A stretch of DNA of 64,000 nucleotides from Minisyncoccota bacterium (GTDB lineage: Bacteria; Patescibacteriota; Minisyncoccia; Phycocordibacterales; UBA9973), in assembly GCA_041664745.1 (NCBI GenBank), contig JBAYKD010000001.1, forward strand, positions 27,097-91,096, in the 5' to 3' direction. This document shows positions 61,630 through 64,000 of the stretch, in pieces. A program made the position numbers and the translations under genes. Within the stretch, counting starts at the first letter, position 1. The number at the start of each line of letters is the position of its first letter. The notes under the pieces were generated by a model. That model was not told the origin of the DNA. It worked only from the letters and a program-made list of their open reading frames with translations, and ran no database searches.

Positions 61630-61765
61630 ATATTTAATTTGTATTATTAATAATTAATAAAATAGGACTAAGAAAAACAAGAACATTTTCTCTATATGCT
61701 TATAGCCTACACCGAAATAGAATCCTGTCAAGGACTTGAAAGGTGCATAAGAAGTGAAGAAGAAT

Positions 61766-61812
61766 TTCCCAAGGACGGTCCTTGGGAAGGCTCTTTTAAG
61801 GACCGTCCTTGG
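61766..61812 (-). terminator. two tandem GC-rich hairpins of the AAGGAC-N-GTCCTT family after the 61817 gene
   Basis: TTCCCAAGGAC G GTCCTTGGGAA (61766-61788) and AAGGAC C GTCCTT (61798-61810). Confidence 0.7.
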
Positions 61813-61816
61813 TGCT

Positions 61817-62806
61817 TTATTGTGGAGTATTTAGATTGGGCAATGTTGCAGTATTTATTGGGGCAGTTGTAGGAGTAATTGGTGCAGGATTTGTATGGGT
61901 TATTGTAGGAGCAGGTGTAGGAGCAGGAGTCTTAACTTCTGGAGTAGCTGGCTTTGCTGGCTGTGATTGTTGTGTTGCTTTTGCTTGTTCTATTTTCTTT
62001 TCTACTGATTTCTCTGCTGGAGTTGCTGTATGTGGGGCAGGCATATTCAAAGGCATAGTAGTGGTAGCTGGCTTCCTTAGGAGACTATAAATTCCATAAC
62101 TTCCACCTAAAAGTATCAATATAATTAACAATATTATCCATATAGACATAGGCCCACTGACGATAGCACCAACTCTTACGGCGCTGGCTGTAAGGCTATC
62201 TTTCAATTTTTCTCTTCCTGAAAGTCCATCATCACTACCATCGCTTGGCAATATTTCCTTTATATTACTGGCTATTGGGCTTATTTCTACAGCCTTACTT
62301 GTTACTGTTGTTTTGGTTGTAGTAATGGGTGGTATGGCTTTGGCGGTTGTGCTTGTTTTTGGAGGAGTGACTAATGTCGTTGTTTTACAACGATTTCCTG
62401 TATTTATATCATATGTATCCCCTGACTTAAGTGCACATCCGAAAAGCATAGGTTTTATATAGCTTGAGCAACGAATACCAGTATTCACATCAAATACATC
62501 TCCTGATCCGGCCTTGCATCCTACAAGCACTGTTTTTACGTTGTTATTACAAGGTCTTCCAGTATTTACGTCATAAAGATCCCCAGATTTTGGTGCACAT
62601 CCGACGAGTACCATTGTAGATACTGATCCATCCTTATTGATATTACTGACTGGGGATGATAATGAATAGGAAACGCCCAAAGATTTGATCGTAGTTGTTG
62701 CGGCCTCCCCTTTTGCTGTGTTTATAAAAAATCCACCGACGAAGAAAAGCATGGTGAATAAAATCGCCCCGATAAATTTGAGATTGGTTCTCATTTGTGT
62801 AAACAT
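61817..62806 (-). CDS. surface protein with a paralogous leader, three Cys-bracketed repeats, a TM segment and a Pro/Thr/Ala-rich tail
   Basis: 329 aa. The N-terminus MFTQMRTNLKFIGAILF.. mirrors the giant protein's N-terminus MFTQMRSHLKFLGTILF.. Confidence 0.8.
   Translation of the reverse strand: MFTQMRTNLKFIGAILFTMLFFVGGFFINTAKGEAATTTIKSLGVSYSLSSPVSNINKDGSVSTMVLVGCAPKSGDLYDVNTGRPCNNNVKTVLVGCKAGSGDVFDVNTGIRCSSYIKPMLFGCALKSGDTYDINTGNRCKTTTLVTPPKTSTTAKAIPPITTTKTTVTSKAVEISPIASNIKEILPSDGSDDGLSGREKLKDSLTASAVRVGAIVSGPMSIWIILLIILILLGGSYGIYSLLRKPATTTMPLNMPAPHTATPAEKSVEKKIEQAKATQQSQPAKPATPEVKTPAPTPAPTITHTNPAPITPTTAPINTATLPNLNTPQ
62387..62599 (-). repeat. three 27-aa-period coding repeats G-C-x(3)-SGD-x-(Y/F)-D-(V/I)-NTG-x-(P/R)-C
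   Basis: Cys pairs at aa 70/86, 97/113 and 124/140. Confidence 0.75.
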
Positions 62807-63282
62807 AAATTTTAATTCTCGCGTCTCGCAACCGGTGCGGACGGATTTGGTATTAAGATTGATAAAAAATTAGTTTCTAAAAACAAGAACACATATACCT
62901 ACAGATTATACCGAATGGAAACTAAGTCAAATATTTAATTAAGAGCGAAACACAAATCGACGTCTGTCAATACCAACTAAATTTAAAAAATAGTGGCAAC
63001 ATTTTCTGCACCTGCAGGAAATGCTGCCAGATGTTTTGAAGTTTTATTTTGGGAGAAAATTTTTAAAAAAATGACGTCTAAAAACATTTGAGAAATATAG
63101 ATATATAAGTTGTTCTTTATAAAGGACATATCTATAAAGGACACTATATGATGTCCTTTAGAAATATAGGCTATATAACCTTATCTTTTATCCTGCTATT
63201 GATAAATATGTAAATTTATGTTATTTTGTAAAAAATAGAAAAAATAGAATAATTTTTAAATTAATTTTAAATTTTAGACCAT

Positions 63283-63684
63283 ATGTACTATCCTGATCTT
63301 TTAAGTTTGAAGGGTAACACACTTAAATTGGGTGATGTGTTATCTGTTCATAACATGCTTCATGTTGCATGTTGTAATTCCCTAAGAAACTTATATCAAG
63401 ACGATTCCCAGATTTTCAAAGATCTGGGTATTGAAAACAAGGACAAATTTTGTTCTTATTATTATAAGTATCAAGCTCTTCCGGGAGAGTTCCCCCTCTC
63501 TAAGGAAGATGATTTTCCTGCCATGACTAATCTTGCTATAGCTCTCATGGAGCTATCAGAAGAAAAGATTCTGGAAGAAGAAAAAAAGATTCTCATAATG
63601 AAAGAATATCTTGAAAGTGAAGAACTTCTTCATAAAGAGATAACTAGAAAAAAAGGATTTTTCGAACGAATCCTTGGCTTCTAA
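63283..63684 (+). CDS. hypothetical protein
   Basis: 133-aa ORF; no family recognised. Confidence 0.5.
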   Translation: MYYPDLLSLKGNTLKLGDVLSVHNMLHVACCNSLRNLYQDDSQIFKDLGIENKDKFCSYYYKYQALPGEFPLSKEDDFPAMTNLAIALMELSEEKILEEEKKILIMKEYLESEELLHKEITRKKGFFERILGF

Positions 63685-63712
63685 AAATCTTCTTATAAAA
63701 CGAAATAAAGGT

Positions 63713-63741
63713 AAAACCCGCTGAAATAGTCAGAGGGTTTT
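63713..63741. terminator. bidirectional terminator
   Basis: AAAACCCGCTGA..TCAGAGGGTTTT between convergent genes. Confidence 0.7.
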
Positions 63742-63745
63742 CTTT

Positions 63746-64000
63746 TTATTTATTTACTGTGAACTTCATAACTTGAACGCTCTTGGTATCTTTATTATAT
63801 ACATAGCTGAATGTAGCCTTGTTTTGAATATGGCCATCTTCATAGGTAATTTCTCCTATTTTTGTCGCGGAATTAATGTTTGCAGATATCACATACCAAG
63901 TACCACCCAGTACTGGTTTGTTGGTAGATATTTTTCCTATATTATCTCTAATGTATTGTTCAACCACCTGTTTTTCATCTATAGAATCACAATCAGTCTG
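63746..64000 (-). CDS. hypothetical protein, 5' end outside window
   Basis: The minus-strand frame stays open to the window edge (..QTDCDSIDEKQVVEQYIRDNIGK..). The track start at 63967 is an internal GTG. Confidence 0.55.
   Translation of the reverse strand, partial: QTDCDSIDEKQVVEQYIRDNIGKISTNKPVLGGTWYVISANINSATKIGEITYEDGHIQNKATFSYVYNKDTKSVQVMKFTVNK

Noticed and set aside
56104-62806. A possible diversity-generating retroelement or phase-variation system acting on the repetitive surface-protein genes.
   Set aside because: The window has no reverse transcriptase, no template/variable repeat pair with adenine-specific differences, and no invertible-promoter inverted repeats or recombinase. 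The internal repeats are ordinary diverged domain duplications.
1-64000. An alternative genetic code (UGA recoding, as in some CPR lineages).
   Set aside because: All recognisable housekeeping genes read full length with the standard code and end at normal positions. No conserved domain is interrupted by in-frame TGA.

Overview
This is a 64 kb, visibly AT-rich, very gene-dense bacterial fragment that reads cleanly with the standard genetic code. Its content fits a Candidate Phyla Radiation / Patescibacteria (Parcubacteria-like) organism; that taxonomic guess is inference. The supporting content is compact housekeeping genes (hisS, valS, lysS, fmt, def, pth, lepA, tsaD, greA, L9, L27, S1), a peptidoglycan toolkit split into murE-murD...murC and mraZ-rsmH-ftsL-ftsI-murF blocks, a lactate permease, a 2-hydroxyacid dehydrogenase, a stripped-down pyruvate kinase, several very large or repetitive secreted proteins, and almost no Shine-Dalgarno leaders. 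I call about 73 CDS and 4 tRNAs (Gly-CCC, Arg-CCU, Phe-GAA, Glu-CUC). I also call many hairpin terminators and a long series of TGnTAnAAT boxes sitting 6-11 nt before start codons. I saw no rRNA, CRISPR array, integrase, reverse transcriptase or phage structural genes. The most interesting observations are: (i) a HUH/RAYT-like transposase flanked and interrupted by three identical 25-nt GC-rich hairpins, plus other GC-rich hairpin/palindrome sequences that sit in frame inside pth and a PIF1-like helicase or act as tandem terminators; (ii) a 1.2 kb insertion in the 3' end of lysS bounded by a 79-nt direct repeat, which fuses LysRS to a DUF2000-like domain and leaves the original lysS 3' end and terminator orphaned downstream; (iii) a six-gene accessory block wedged between murD and murC; (iv) an 1841-aa LTD/beta-helix/PG-binding surface protein next to a cysteine-repeat protein with a paralogous leader; (v) apparently pervasive leaderless transcription, including two divergent genes that share one palindromic -10 box.
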